A stretch of DNA of 64,000 bases from positions 2,285 through 66,284 of the forward strand of contig JAEZJJ010000004.1 of the NCBI GenBank assembly GCA_023436395.1, written 5' to 3'. The position numbers were made by a program, and so were the translations under genes. Positions 38,059-48,114 of the stretch are shown piece by piece. Source of the stretch: Bacillota bacterium (GTDB taxonomy: Bacteria; Bacillota; Clostridia; Lachnospirales; Cellulosilyticaceae). The notes beneath the pieces are model-generated. The model was given only the letters and a program-made list of their open reading frames with translations, made no database searches and had not been told where the DNA came from. Every line of letters begins with the position of its first letter. Position 1 is the first letter of the stretch.

Positions 38059-39012
38059 TTATTTGTGATGTAATGAAAATGCATAATATCTCTGTCTATA
38101 ACCAGAGGGGGTATGATGCATATATTTTTTAAATAATTTAGCAAAATAAGCTGTGTCATTAAAACCTACCTCATCTGCAATATCAGAAATAGACAGTTTG
38201 GATTCTCTAAGTAAGATAGCAGATAAGTTAATACGATGTTTATTTAAATAAGTAATTATAGTTTCACCAGTTGCCTCAAAGAAACGATCACTAAGAGTTG
38301 TGCGATTTACATGAAAACGTCGACTTAATTCAGGAATAGTGATTTTTTGTTTATAGTTATTATGTAAATATAAAAGAACATCCTTTATTTCAAAGGCAAC
38401 TTTAGTAATCAGCGTTTCAGATAAAATAGTATGTATTTTTACTAATTCTTCAATATAGGTTAAAAGCTCGTAAACCCTTGCAGAGAGGAGAATAGACTGA
38501 TTAGAAATAGCTATTATATTTTCTAATAAATTATTGATATTTTTAATAACTGGCTCAGAAGTTGATATTTGCCCAGTGTAATTTTTATGTCTTTTAAAGA
38601 AAATGGACAAAACGATAGCACATCTAATATCTTCTACCGAGAATGAATGATCAAAAGATCTTACATTTTCTAAGGTAAAATACTCCCTAATGATACAAGG
38701 ACTAAAAGAAATAACTTTTCCACAAATGTTAGAATTTGAAGGAATACTCAATCTTTCAGTTTCGTTTAAGCAAATAACTAAAGGACCATTTATAGAAACA
38801 TCATGTTCGTTGATTAATACTGAATCTTTACCTTTTTCAATAATAACAATGCTTAATTTATCCGCAGCACCTATTAGGAGAGAGGAACTATTAAGTGCTG
38901 ATATATTAAATGCATTAGAAGGATGGTTAAGGGAAATACTATTTACAAAACTCACAGGAGTACCTCCGTTTAATAATGTCATAAATGATTTATTTAAATA
39001 AAAATATATCAT
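38059..39012 (-). CDS. AraC-family transcriptional regulator
   Basis: C-terminal double HTH (ITIPELSRRFHVNRTTLSDRF...ISDIADEVGFNDTAYFAKLFKKYMHHTPSGYR). The start is uncertain because there is no clear RBS. Confidence 0.8.
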   Translation of the reverse strand: MIYFYLNKSFMTLLNGGTPVSFVNSISLNHPSNAFNISALNSSSLLIGAADKLSIVIIEKGKDSVLINEHDVSINGPLVICLNETERLSIPSNSNICGKVISFSPCIIREYFTLENVRSFDHSFSVEDIRCAIVLSIFFKRHKNYTGQISTSEPVIKNINNLLENIIAISNQSILLSARVYELLTYIEELVKIHTILSETLITKVAFEIKDVLLYLHNNYKQKITIPELSRRFHVNRTTLSDRFFEATGETIITYLNKHRINLSAILLRESKLSISDIADEVGFNDTAYFAKLFKKYMHHTPSGYRQRYYAFSLHHK

Positions 39013-39131
39013 AATTTACTTAATTTAGCAATATACCTTAACTTCCTAAATGATTTATAAAAAACATACCTCCAAATGTTAGTGAGATTTTATCTAACAA
39101 TGGGGGTATATTTAAAGTAGTATACTTCTAG

Positions 39132-39767
39132 TTAGAGAGGTAGATTAAAATATTTGAGGAATGCAAGTGCGATAAGTGTAGCACCGCTCAGCCAAGAAAA
39201 GTCGAAATCAAGTTTTTTAGCGCATCTATGCCCTAAAGTACAGCCTAGGATAATAGCAACTGAATTAAGTACAAGAGAGAGGAGAGTGATTTGTAGAAGA
39301 TTAATAGAAGCCAAAGCTACACCAAAACCTACAACTAAGCTATCTAGCGAAAGGGCGATGCCAAGATAAAGAGCTTCTTTGTAACTTAATACTTTAGAAT
39401 GGTCAATGTCAGCAAGTGTTGCATCTGCATAAACGTTAAGGACTAGTTTGAAATTAAAGAGAGTAAGTTCAATATTCCTGGAGGAAGCTACTTTTTTGTT
39501 AAGATACTGTTTGAGTAGCCCTTCAAAAAGTCGTATAAATCCTAGAATAAATATAATACAGAAGCACATAAAACTAGTTAAATTTGCAGGAATAAATCCT
39601 TTAATAATAGAACCAAGACTGATAGAGATGATCAAAAACAATGTAGAAATTCCTGTGAGGATTAAGCCTGAAATGACAGGAATTTTTATCTTATTGGCAC
39701 CATAGGCAAAACTAGCTATGCAAGCATCTATACAAAGTGAAATAACAAGTAAAGAAGACTCTAACAT
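39132..39767 (-). CDS. MntP/YtaF-family membrane protein (sporulation protein YtaF-like or Mn efflux-like)
   Basis: Two-repeat 6-TM architecture. N-terminus SLCIDACIASFAYGANKIKIP and second repeat LGIALSLDSLVVGFG. Confidence 0.55.
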   Translation of the reverse strand: MLESSLLVISLCIDACIASFAYGANKIKIPVISGLILTGISTLFLIISISLGSIIKGFIPANLTSFMCFCIIFILGFIRLFEGLLKQYLNKKVASSRNIELTLFNFKLVLNVYADATLADIDHSKVLSYKEALYLGIALSLDSLVVGFGVALASINLLQITLLSLVLNSVAIILGCTLGHRCAKKLDFDFSWLSGATLIALAFLKYFNLPL

Positions 39768-39930
39768 AGTAAATAACCTCGATTAATAAAGTGATACTAT
39801 ATATACTATGGAAAAACAAGGAAAAAGAAACTTGACTCTATGTTAATTCTACTTCTTGTATTAGAAAGGGCATAAATGTGGTATAATAAAGTATATTCAA
39901 AGATAATAGAGGATGAAGAGAGGAGAAAAC

Positions 39931-41544
39931 ATGAGTTACTTAGCTTTATATAGAAAGTATAGACCCTATACTTTTGATGATGTCATAGGCCAAGAGCATA
40001 TTGTGCGAACACTTAAAAATCAAATTAACTCACATCGTGTGGCTCATGCGTATCTATTTTCAGGTAGTAGAGGGACAGGTAAGACTTCTATTGCTAAAAT
40101 TTTTGCTAGAGCTGTTAACTGCGAAAATCCTATAAATGGTTCTGCATGTGGTAAATGTGAAAGTTGCATAAAAATAAATGATAGTGCAGGAATCAATATT
40201 ATTGAGATTGATGCTGCTTCACATAATGGTGTGGATAATATTAGAGAGATTAATGAAGAGGTTAAGTATACACCGGCGGTAGGAAGGTATAAAGTATATA
40301 TTATAGATGAGGTACATATGCTCTCTACAGGTGCTTTTAATGCCTTGCTGAAGACTTTAGAAGAACCGCCGGCTCATGTTATTTTCATTTTAGCTACAAC
40401 CGATCCTCAAAAAATACCAGTTACAATTTTATCAAGATGTCAACGTTTTGACTTCAAACGGATTTCAGCCAAAGAGATAGAAGAAACATTGATAAGGTAT
40501 ATGGAAATAGAGCAAATTAATATAGAGAAAAAGGCACTAGCATATATAGCCAGGTTAGCAGATGGTGGGATGCGTGATGCATTAAGTATACTGGAGCAGA
40601 GCATATCCTTTTATTTTGGTGAAGTTATTACACTAGATAAAGTGCTCTATTTAGTAGGTGCTGTAGATAGTAGTATACTATTTGAGATGATAAAAGCTAT
40701 TTCACAGAAAGATGCTAAAGAGGTATTAAATCTATGTGAAGAAGTGAATAGGCAGGGTAGAAGCATAAGACAGTTTGTAAGTGACTTATTAGAGCATTGT
40801 CGAAATCTTCTAGTAGCTAAGACCACTGATGGTGGTTGTGAAGTATTAGATTATAGTTTAGAATATGTTGAAGCCTTAAAGAGTCAAGCTACATTAATAA
40901 GTGTAAACGAACTCATGCGTTATATGAAACATTTAAGTGGATTAGAGTGGGAGATGCGTAGTAGTGTATCTCCTAGAATATTGTTAGAAGTGGCGTTACT
41001 TAAACTTAGTGAGGTGCAAATGGATGGATCTCCCGAAGGTATGATAGCTAAGGTACAGCTCCTAGAAGAAAAATTAGATAAATTAATGCAGACAGGTATA
41101 AGTGTTTCAAAGCCAACACCAATAGTGCAAAATGCACCTAAAGAAGTTATTGTACCTCATAAATTGCCGGAAGCCGTGCCAGAAGAAGTAAAGAATCTAA
41201 AAAATAAATGGCATCAAATAATCAGTAAGTTAGGTGCTACATCAACAGCAAGAACGGTATATGCTACAGCAGAAGCTGGATATATAGAAGGAGATATCCT
41301 GTATATTGTATATCGTAAGGGTATGGAGGCAGGTACGAATAGATACCTGGATGAATTAAAAGTAGCTATTAATGCTGTGGCAGGAAAAGAAGTAAAAGTG
41401 AGAACCATATCAGCAGATGATTATGCTAATAAATCTATAGAGGCATATGGTTCTAATCCTAAGTTATCAGAAGAGGTTCAGGATATTTCAAATATTTTAA
41501 GAAACGTTCAGTCAAAAATAAACTTTAATATTGAAGTCAAATAG
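39931..41544 (+). CDS. dnaX: DNA polymerase III subunit gamma/tau
   Basis: ATG 39931 follows AGAGGAG. MSYLALYRKYRP, Walker A GSRGTGKTS, zinc module CGKCESC, DEVHML, SRCQRF. Confidence 0.95.
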   Translation: MSYLALYRKYRPYTFDDVIGQEHIVRTLKNQINSHRVAHAYLFSGSRGTGKTSIAKIFARAVNCENPINGSACGKCESCIKINDSAGINIIEIDAASHNGVDNIREINEEVKYTPAVGRYKVYIIDEVHMLSTGAFNALLKTLEEPPAHVIFILATTDPQKIPVTILSRCQRFDFKRISAKEIEETLIRYMEIEQINIEKKALAYIARLADGGMRDALSILEQSISFYFGEVITLDKVLYLVGAVDSSILFEMIKAISQKDAKEVLNLCEEVNRQGRSIRQFVSDLLEHCRNLLVAKTTDGGCEVLDYSLEYVEALKSQATLISVNELMRYMKHLSGLEWEMRSSVSPRILLEVALLKLSEVQMDGSPEGMIAKVQLLEEKLDKLMQTGISVSKPTPIVQNAPKEVIVPHKLPEAVPEEVKNLKNKWHQIISKLGATSTARTVYATAEAGYIEGDILYIVYRKGMEAGTNRYLDELKVAINAVAGKEVKVRTISADDYANKSIEAYGSNPKLSEEVQDISNILRNVQSKINFNIEVK

Positions 41545-41590
41545 GGTAAAATAGATACTATAATAAAGTGTTAATTAGGAGGAAGAGTAA

Positions 41591-41923
41591 ATGAGAAATT
41601 TTGGTGGCGGTATGCCTAATATGCAACAACTTATGAAACAAGCACAAAAAATGCAAAAACAAATGGAAGAAGCACAAGCTGCTCTTGAAACTAAAGAACT
41701 TACTGCAACCGCAGGCGGTGGTATGGTTGAAGTTGTAATTACTGGGAAAAAAGAAATTAAATCTATTAAGATAAATCCAGATGTAGTTGATCCAGATGAT
41801 GTAGAAACATTAGAAGATTTAGTGCTTGTAGCGGTTAATGAAGCAGTACGCCAAGCAGATGAACTTAGTCAAAAAGAAATGGGTAAACTTACAGGAGGTT
41901 TACCAACAGGAGGATTATTCTAG
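41591..41923 (+). CDS. ybaB: nucleoid-associated protein YbaB/EbfC
   Basis: 110 aa. [19 protein letters not shown]...[15 protein letters not shown]. Lies between dnaX and recR. Confidence 0.9.
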   Translation: MRNFGGGMPNMQQLMKQAQKMQKQMEEAQAALETKELTATAGGGMVEVVITGKKEIKSIKINPDVVDPDDVETLEDLVLVAVNEAVRQADELSQKEMGKLTGGLPTGGLF

Positions 41924-42525
41924 TGGCAGGTTATTATGGTGACAAGATGATAGCTCTTATTGAAGAGTTATCAAGATTGCCTGGCATAGGAAGTAAGTCA
42001 GCTCAACGACTAGCCTTTCATATTATTAGTATGCCATTAGAAAAGGTAGAACACTTAGCAAATACGTTAGTAGCAGCTAAGAAGAATATTAATTACTGTG
42101 AAAAGTGCTGTACAATTACAGATGACAAACTTTGTCCTATTTGTAAGGACACCAATAGAGCTATTGGACAGATTATGGTGGTTGAAGATCCTAGGGATAT
42201 GGTAGCCTATGAAAAAACCAAAGAATTTAAAGGGCTTTATCATATACTACATGGAGCTATTTCTCCTATGATGGGAGTTGGTCCCAGTGATATTAAAATT
42301 AAAGAACTTTTAGAACGTATTCAAAAAGAAGAGATTGAAGAAGTGATTATTGCAACAAACCCTAATATAGAGGGAGAAGCGACGGCTATGTATATTAGCA
42401 AACTCATAAAACCACTTGGTATCAAAATTACCCGTATTGCCCATGGCGTACCTGTTGGTGGTGATTTAGAGTATGTGGATGAAATTACTTTGACGAGAGC
42501 TTTAGAAGGCAGACGAGAAATGTAA
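41923..42525 (+). CDS. recR: recombination protein RecR
   Basis: GTG start overlaps the ybaB stop (TAGTG). Hh[16 protein letters not shown], Cys4 zinc finger CEKC...CPIC, Toprim domain. Confidence 0.95.
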   Translation: MAGYYGDKMIALIEELSRLPGIGSKSAQRLAFHIISMPLEKVEHLANTLVAAKKNINYCEKCCTITDDKLCPICKDTNRAIGQIMVVEDPRDMVAYEKTKEFKGLYHILHGAISPMMGVGPSDIKIKELLERIQKEEIEEVIIATNPNIEGEATAMYISKLIKPLGIKITRIAHGVPVGGDLEYVDEITLTRALEGRREM

Positions 42526-42547
42526 ATAAAATAGAGTAGTAGAAAGT

Positions 42548-42596
42548 GAAAATGCACCCTAGATGTTAGGTAAAATAACATATAGGGTGCATTTTA
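42548..42596 (+). terminator. rho-independent terminator of dnaX-ybaB-recR
   Basis: Stem AAAATGCACCCTA / TAGGGTGCATTTT. Confidence 0.7.
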
Positions 42597-42699
42597 CATT
42601 TGGATTATACTCTTACAATAATTTGACTAGAACTTATTTTAGATTCAATATTACTTTTTTATATGCTATACTATAAAAAAAGACATAGGAAGTGATTAA

Positions 42700-45546
42700 A
42701 TGCAAATTAAAAAAAGGTTTCTGTTAGTCATGATAAGTCTAATTTGTATTCCACTACTTATTTTAACAGTAGTTATATATATATATTCATCTAATAACTT
42801 AATGATTAAAAGTCAGAATGTGCTTAAACAGTTGGTAATTTCAAAAGGCAAGACACTTGAAGCGTTGTTTCATTCTACAATGCATAGAAATCAAATGTTA
42901 GCGCAAGATCGCCTTATTATTCAGGTGCTAACAAAAGGGACATTAAATAGTAGTGAAGAAATTAATCAAGTAAGAGAGCTTTTAATACAAGCTTGTAAAG
43001 ATGAAAATAGTGATGAGATATTATTGATAGATTCAGAAGGAAAGGTTTTGGTTAGTAGCTACAAAAAAAATGAGCAATTAGTTTTAAGTTACCAAGAGAT
43101 ATACAGGGGGCTATCTGAAGGAAAAACTATTATGACAGAGCTATTCACTGGTGATAGGGAAAAGGATAGAAGCATTAGTATTATAGTACCAGTAATAGAT
43201 GATAGGGACGAAGTAGTTGGCAGTATATGTGAAGTTGTTTCAATTAACTGGCTGAGAGAATTGACTCAGAATATAGAGTTAGAAGAGACAAGCTATACCT
43301 ATATTTTAAATGAAAAACTAAATTTTATTTTACATTCTAAGAAAAGTAAAGAAGGAACAATATTAGAGAGTGCTGGAATAAAAAATTTGATTGAAGCAGC
43401 TTATCAAAAAGGAGAGACCTATGGTATAGGCATATCTACCCATGAAGGGGCAGAAAAGTATGTTGCATTTTATAGGGTAAAAAACACCGATTGGATTGTG
43501 TGTATAGAACAGAATATAGGAGAAATAAGGCAACAGGCAGTAGTGGAAGTTTTAATAATTATGGGGTGTTTAATGTTGATGGCAATTAGTATAGGCATAT
43601 TCTGTGTAAGATTTTCTAGAAAGATTACAAAGCCTATGGAGGAACTTATAACAAGTATGAATCAGGTATCTAATGGTGACTTTATGCAAATATCTTCGTA
43701 TAATAGAGATGATGAATTTGGCATGCTGTTTCTTAGGTATAATCATATGATAAAAAAATTAGGTGATAGTCACCAAGAGTTAAATTATGTATGTGAAGAA
43801 TTATCTGTAACACAAGATAAATTAAAAAGAAAAGTCAAAGAATTAACACAAAGTAGAGAAGCGCTAGCAATTAGTGAGAAGAGATATAAGATTACACTAG
43901 ATGCTATTGAAGAAGTTATTTGGGAATATAATATTAGAACTAAAAGCTTTTTTGCTACTGAGAAATGGGAAGAATTAACAGGATATAGTAATCAAGATAT
44001 TAAGGTTATTGCTGTTATTAAAGAAATTCTAGAGCCATATTCTATTGAGGCTTTTATCTTAACCCTCAAATCATGTATAGAAGGCAATATAGATAGCTTT
44101 AATCAAGAAATACATATAAAAAACAAGCGTGGTGAGTATAAGTGGTTACTGTGCAAAGGGCATACTGTTAGAAATGCACATGGAAAGATAAGTAAACTTA
44201 TTGGTGCATTATCAGATATTACTCTTTGTAAAGAAAATGAGGAACGTGTAAGAAAGTTAGCTTTTTTTGATGTGCTAACAGGGTGTCTTAATAAGCAAAC
44301 CTTCATGGAAAGTTTGGAGACTTGGTTATCACCTAAAGAAGATATCAAGGATGCTGCACTATTATTTATTGATTTAGATGATTTCAAGAAAATTAATGAT
44401 ACACTTGGTCATGAAGTAGGAGATAAGTTACTTAATTATGCAGCAAAAGTATTAAGGTATATTATACCACAAGATTCTTTTATTAGTCGTTTTGGAGGTG
44501 ATGAGTTTGTCATCTTTAAAACAAAAATTTTTGACATATCAGAAGTTCAAGAAATGGTGTATGCTATTTTAAATATTTTTCAAGACCCGATTCATATTGA
44601 TGGAAAAGATATTCATATTACATGTAGTATAGGGATAGCTCTATATCCATTAGATGGAATAAGTGCAGATGTACTGCTTAAAAATGCAGATACAGCCATG
44701 TACAAAGCTAAAGAATTAGGGAAAAACACCTATAGTTTCTATGCTCCTGATATGTCTAAATCCTTAGATAGAAAATTAATGATAGAAGGTGCACTAAGAG
44801 AGGCAATCAGTAAAAATACTTTATATATACAATATCAACCTATTGTAGATATTAAAACACAGAAAACTGTGGCAGTAGAAGCGTTATTAAGACTTAAGGA
44901 CAATGAATTAGGATTTATATCTCCAGGAGAGTTTATTCCTATTGCTGAAGAAGCAGGTCTGATTATTTCTACAGGTGATTGGGTAATAGAAAAGGCATTA
45001 ACAGAGTTAAATTATTATCGCCTTCAAGGTTATGAAAATTTAAGTATTACAATTAATGTTTCTTCATTGCAAATGAAAGATAAGAGTTTTCTAGAAAAAC
45101 TTAAAGTAACAGTAAAAAATACTAAAGTGCCACCGGAACTTATTAAATTAGAAGTAACAGAATCTGTACTTATGGAGAATGTAGAGAAAAGCATAGAGTT
45201 GTTTCATGAAATTAAGGATATAGGAATTAAGTTAGCATTAGATGACTTTGGCACAGGATATTCCTCATTGAACTATTTAAGGAGTATTCCATTAGATATT
45301 TTAAAGATTGATAAATCATTTATAGATGAGATAACCGTAAGTTCAGTACAATCTGAAATTGTAGATAGTATTATTGGGATGGCGCATACCTTAAATATAT
45401 TGGTAGTAGCAGAAGGAGTGGAGACTGAAGAGCAGTTTAAGATTTTAAGAGATAAAGGTTGTGATTTGGTACAAGGTTATTTCTTTAGTAAACCTCTTAT
45501 GCCAAATCAATTAGGAGAAAGATTGGAAGAAGAAAAATATGTGTAA
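42700..45546 (+). CDS. membrane sensor diguanylate cyclase/phosphodiesterase (Cache-like-HAMP-PAS-GGDEF-EAL)
   Basis: Two TM segments flank a roughly 250-aa extracytoplasmic domain. Intact RFGGDEF, EAL motif VAVEALLR, DDFGTGYSS and EGVETEEQ. Confidence 0.9.
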   Translation: MQIKKRFLLVMISLICIPLLILTVVIYIYSSNNLMIKSQNVLKQLVISKGKTLEALFHSTMHRNQMLAQDRLIIQVLTKGTLNSSEEINQVRELLIQACKDENSDEILLIDSEGKVLVSSYKKNEQLVLSYQEIYRGLSEGKTIMTELFTGDREKDRSISIIVPVIDDRDEVVGSICEVVSINWLRELTQNIELEETSYTYILNEKLNFILHSKKSKEGTILESAGIKNLIEAAYQKGETYGIGISTHEGAEKYVAFYRVKNTDWIVCIEQNIGEIRQQAVVEVLIIMGCLMLMAISIGIFCVRFSRKITKPMEELITSMNQVSNGDFMQISSYNRDDEFGMLFLRYNHMIKKLGDSHQELNYVCEELSVTQDKLKRKVKELTQSREALAISEKRYKITLDAIEEVIWEYNIRTKSFFATEKWEELTGYSNQDIKVIAVIKEILEPYSIEAFILTLKSCIEGNIDSFNQEIHIKNKRGEYKWLLCKGHTVRNAHGKISKLIGALSDITLCKENEERVRKLAFFDVLTGCLNKQTFMESLETWLSPKEDIKDAALLFIDLDDFKKINDTLGHEVGDKLLNYAAKVLRYIIPQDSFISRFGGDEFVIFKTKIFDISEVQEMVYAILNIFQDPIHIDGKDIHITCSIGIALYPLDGISADVLLKNADTAMYKAKELGKNTYSFYAPDMSKSLDRKLMIEGALREAISKNTLYIQYQPIVDIKTQKTVAVEALLRLKDNELGFISPGEFIPIAEEAGLIISTGDWVIEKALTELNYYRLQGYENLSITINVSSLQMKDKSFLEKLKVTVKNTKVPPELIKLEVTESVLMENVEKSIELFHEIKDIGIKLALDDFGTGYSSLNYLRSIPLDILKIDKSFIDEITVSSVQSEIVDSIIGMAHTLNILVVAEGVETEEQFKILRDKGCDLVQGYFFSKPLMPNQLGERLEEEKYV

Positions 45547-45643
45547 TGTTTTAATTAGGGAGGCTAGACAATGGTTAATAACTTTTGTAGACTGTAGTTA
45601 TATAATACTTTAGTAAGAAAGAGAAGGTTTTGGAGGAAGTAAA

Positions 45644-46105
45644 ATGAAAATTGAGTGTACCAAAGAAGAGTTTAAAGTACTTTTAGATATGGTATATGCA
45701 GGCAATATACTGATTAACAGTATGAGAAGTCAACATGAAAAAATTAAAGAATATGCAGATATGGAGCAATATTTCTTTGCTAAGGCAAAAGAGTATGATT
45801 TAGAAAATCTGGTAGAATATGATGAGGAGTATAATGAATACATTCCTACACGAGAATATGAAGATGAAGAGTTTAACCAATATATAGATGAATATGAAAC
45901 ACGTGTATTTTGGGAAGAACTTGTTATGAGACTTGCTCGTCGTGATGCCCTGAATTATGCAGGTGATGTCGATCAAGATATTACTAGAGCGGCACTTAAA
46001 GAGATGCAACTTCAATTAGAAGAAAAATATGATGAGGAAATAGAAGCAAATGGTATAATGAATTTAAAAATAGTAACATGGGATAAAGAAAATTCTAATT
46101 CCTAA
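45644..46105 (+). CDS. hypothetical acidic protein
   Basis: RBS GGAGGAAG. 153 aa, very rich in Glu/Asp/Tyr. I recognise no family. Confidence 0.5.
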   Translation: MKIECTKEEFKVLLDMVYAGNILINSMRSQHEKIKEYADMEQYFFAKAKEYDLENLVEYDEEYNEYIPTREYEDEEFNQYIDEYETRVFWEELVMRLARRDALNYAGDVDQDITRAALKEMQLQLEEKYDEEIEANGIMNLKIVTWDKENSNS

Positions 46106-46152
46106 ATGTAGTTGCTATTAGATTTTGAAGTAATTTTCTTGACTTAATAATT

Positions 46153-46190
46153 AAAAGGCTGCTGCAAGTAAAATGCAGTAGCCTTTTTTA
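46153..46190 (+). terminator. rho-independent terminator
   Basis: Stem GGCTGCTGCA / TGCAGTAGCC followed by TTTTTT. Confidence 0.75.
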
Positions 46191-46213
46191 GAAAATAGAA
46201 GGTAGGTTAAAGT

Positions 46214-46891
46214 ATGCTACAAATGAAAGGTATTAAAAAAAATTATGGTAAGAAAAAGGTACTTAAAGGCATTGACTTGACTGTAACTGAGGGAGAATGC
46301 TTAGGCATTATAGGACCTAATGGTTCAGGTAAATCTACTTTATTATCAATTATGGTAGGTGCTTTAAAACCTACTGAAGGAAGTAAAGACATTCAAGGAG
46401 AGATAGGTTATGTTCCTCAAGACAATGCTTTAATGGAAGAATTAACAGTTAAAGATAACTTAGAGTTTTGGGCAGCAGCACATAATAAATCGTTAGAAGA
46501 AGTTTTACATACAGGATATATTGATGAGGTATTAGGAATTAAAGAAATGTTGTATGAAAGAGTGAAAAATCTATCTGGAGGAATGAAAAAACGTGTTAAT
46601 ATAGGGATTGCACTTATTGGTGACCCGAGGTATATCGTTTTGGATGAACCTTGTAGCGCATTAGATATTATTTATAAAAATGAAGTGGTTAGTTATCTAC
46701 TAGAACTTAAACAAAAAGGTAAAACTATTATTTATACAAGCCACTGTGGGGATGAAATAGAGAAGATCTGTGATAAAGTTTGCATCTTGAAGGAAGGAAC
46801 CATTATTAAAGAAGCTAAATTAGAGCAACTTAAAGCTGAATATCATGACTATGATACTTTTGATGAGATGGTATATAGGTTATTGGTATGA
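46214..46891 (+). CDS. ABC transporter ATP-binding protein
   Basis: Walker A GPNGSGKST, signature LSGGMKKR, Walker B IVLDEP, H-loop TSH. Confidence 0.9.
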   Translation: MLQMKGIKKNYGKKKVLKGIDLTVTEGECLGIIGPNGSGKSTLLSIMVGALKPTEGSKDIQGEIGYVPQDNALMEELTVKDNLEFWAAAHNKSLEEVLHTGYIDEVLGIKEMLYERVKNLSGGMKKRVNIGIALIGDPRYIVLDEPCSALDIIYKNEVVSYLLELKQKGKTIIYTSHCGDEIEKICDKVCILKEGTIIKEAKLEQLKAEYHDYDTFDEMVYRLLV

Positions 46892-48114
46892 GAGAAATAG
46901 GTATTGGTATAAAAACGGATTTAAAAGTATTGGCAGTACACTATAAAAAAATAATATTTTTTGCATTGCAGATGATGATTTTATGTTTAGGTATCGGAGT
47001 AGTAGGAAGTCATGTTTTATATTCTCAGAAAAATGTACAAACTTTTACTTTGGCTATTGTAGATTTAGAAGATTCTGAGTGGACTAAAATGATTATTGAT
47101 ACAGTTAATCAAATGGAGTCTATTACAAAGTTGTGTGATATACAAGTATTACCTAAAGAAAAAGCGAAGAAGCAGTTAGATAAGGGAGAAGTGACAGCAA
47201 TTATTACAATTCCTCCTCAGTTTGTGGAGGATGTAATGAAAGGCAAGAATACGCCACTTACAATAGAAAAAAAGGATGGAACCCTGCTGGAAAGTATTGT
47301 TGCAGACGAACTGGTTTCAGCAGCAGCAAAACTATTATCGGCAGCGCAAGCAGGGATTTATACAACTTTAGATGCTTATGAAATGCTTGGAAGTGATGGC
47401 GGAGCTAAATATGAAAAACTGATGCAAGAAATCAATATCATTTTTACTAAAGAGATGCTAGGGCGTCACAATTTATTTGAAGTAAAAGAAGTAGTAGCAA
47501 CTAAAAATATGGCTCCACTTCAGCACTATATTCTGTCTGGTTTTATAGCAATGATGTTACTTGGCTTAATGCTTGTAATGGAAGTTATAGAACCCTTTAA
47601 TAGGCAAGAGATGCTTATGAGATATAGTGTTGCCAAAGTAAAGGCAGAAAAATTAATACTGAGTAAAATAATAAGTCTTAGTTTGTTTAATGTAGGAGTT
47701 GGGGGGATAATTTTAGGTAGTGTAGCAATATTATCAAAACTCTCTGGGTTAGAGATAGAGTGGTCTCTATCTCTGCAAGGAATAATGGGCATTTTATTAT
47801 GTGCTGTTAGCCTAGCAAGTGTGAGTATGATAATAGGAATGCTATTAAAAGGAAAAGATGCCTATAGCTTATTTATTTTTATGATAGCAGCAACTATGAC
47901 ATTTTTATCAGGTGGCATTATTCCTGTAGCTTATTTGCCTCAGGCAATTAGTAAACTTAAGTTATTTACTTACAACGCATATGCTCTAGAGTTACTGAAG
48001 CCTTTGGTAGGAATTGAAAGTCAGTGGATTACTTATGTACAGGTTATATTAATGATAATGGTTTGCTTTATAATGGGAATCATGATGCTTAAAAGAAGAG
48101 GGGTGAGAGGATGA
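46888..48114 (+). CDS. ABC-2 family permease with large extracytoplasmic loop
   Basis: 4-nt overlap with the ATPase gene. One N-terminal TM, a roughly 170-aa loop, then about 5 TM segments. Confidence 0.65.
   Translation: MREIGIGIKTDLKVLAVHYKKIIFFALQMMILCLGIGVVGSHVLYSQKNVQTFTLAIVDLEDSEWTKMIIDTVNQMESITKLCDIQVLPKEKAKKQLDKGEVTAIITIPPQFVEDVMKGKNTPLTIEKKDGTLLESIVADELVSAAAKLLSAAQAGIYTTLDAYEMLGSDGGAKYEKLMQEINIIFTKEMLGRHNLFEVKEVVATKNMAPLQHYILSGFIAMMLLGLMLVMEVIEPFNRQEMLMRYSVAKVKAEKLILSKIISLSLFNVGVGGIILGSVAILSKLSGLEIEWSLSLQGIMGILLCAVSLASVSMIIGMLLKGKDAYSLFIFMIAATMTFLSGGIIPVAYLPQAISKLKLFTYNAYALELLKPLVGIESQWITYVQVILMIMVCFIMGIMMLKRRGVRG

Noticed and set aside
39768-39930. yybP-ykoY manganese riboswitch upstream of the MntP/YtaF-like gene.
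   Set aside because: The leader is short, AT-rich and shared with the dnaX promoter region (TGGTATAAT at 39879-39887). I saw no conserved four-way-junction motifs.
39931-41544. Programmed -1 frameshift in dnaX (gamma/tau) as in E. coli.
   Set aside because: I found no A-AAA-AAG slippery heptamer with a downstream stem-loop. This mechanism is also not established for Firmicutes.
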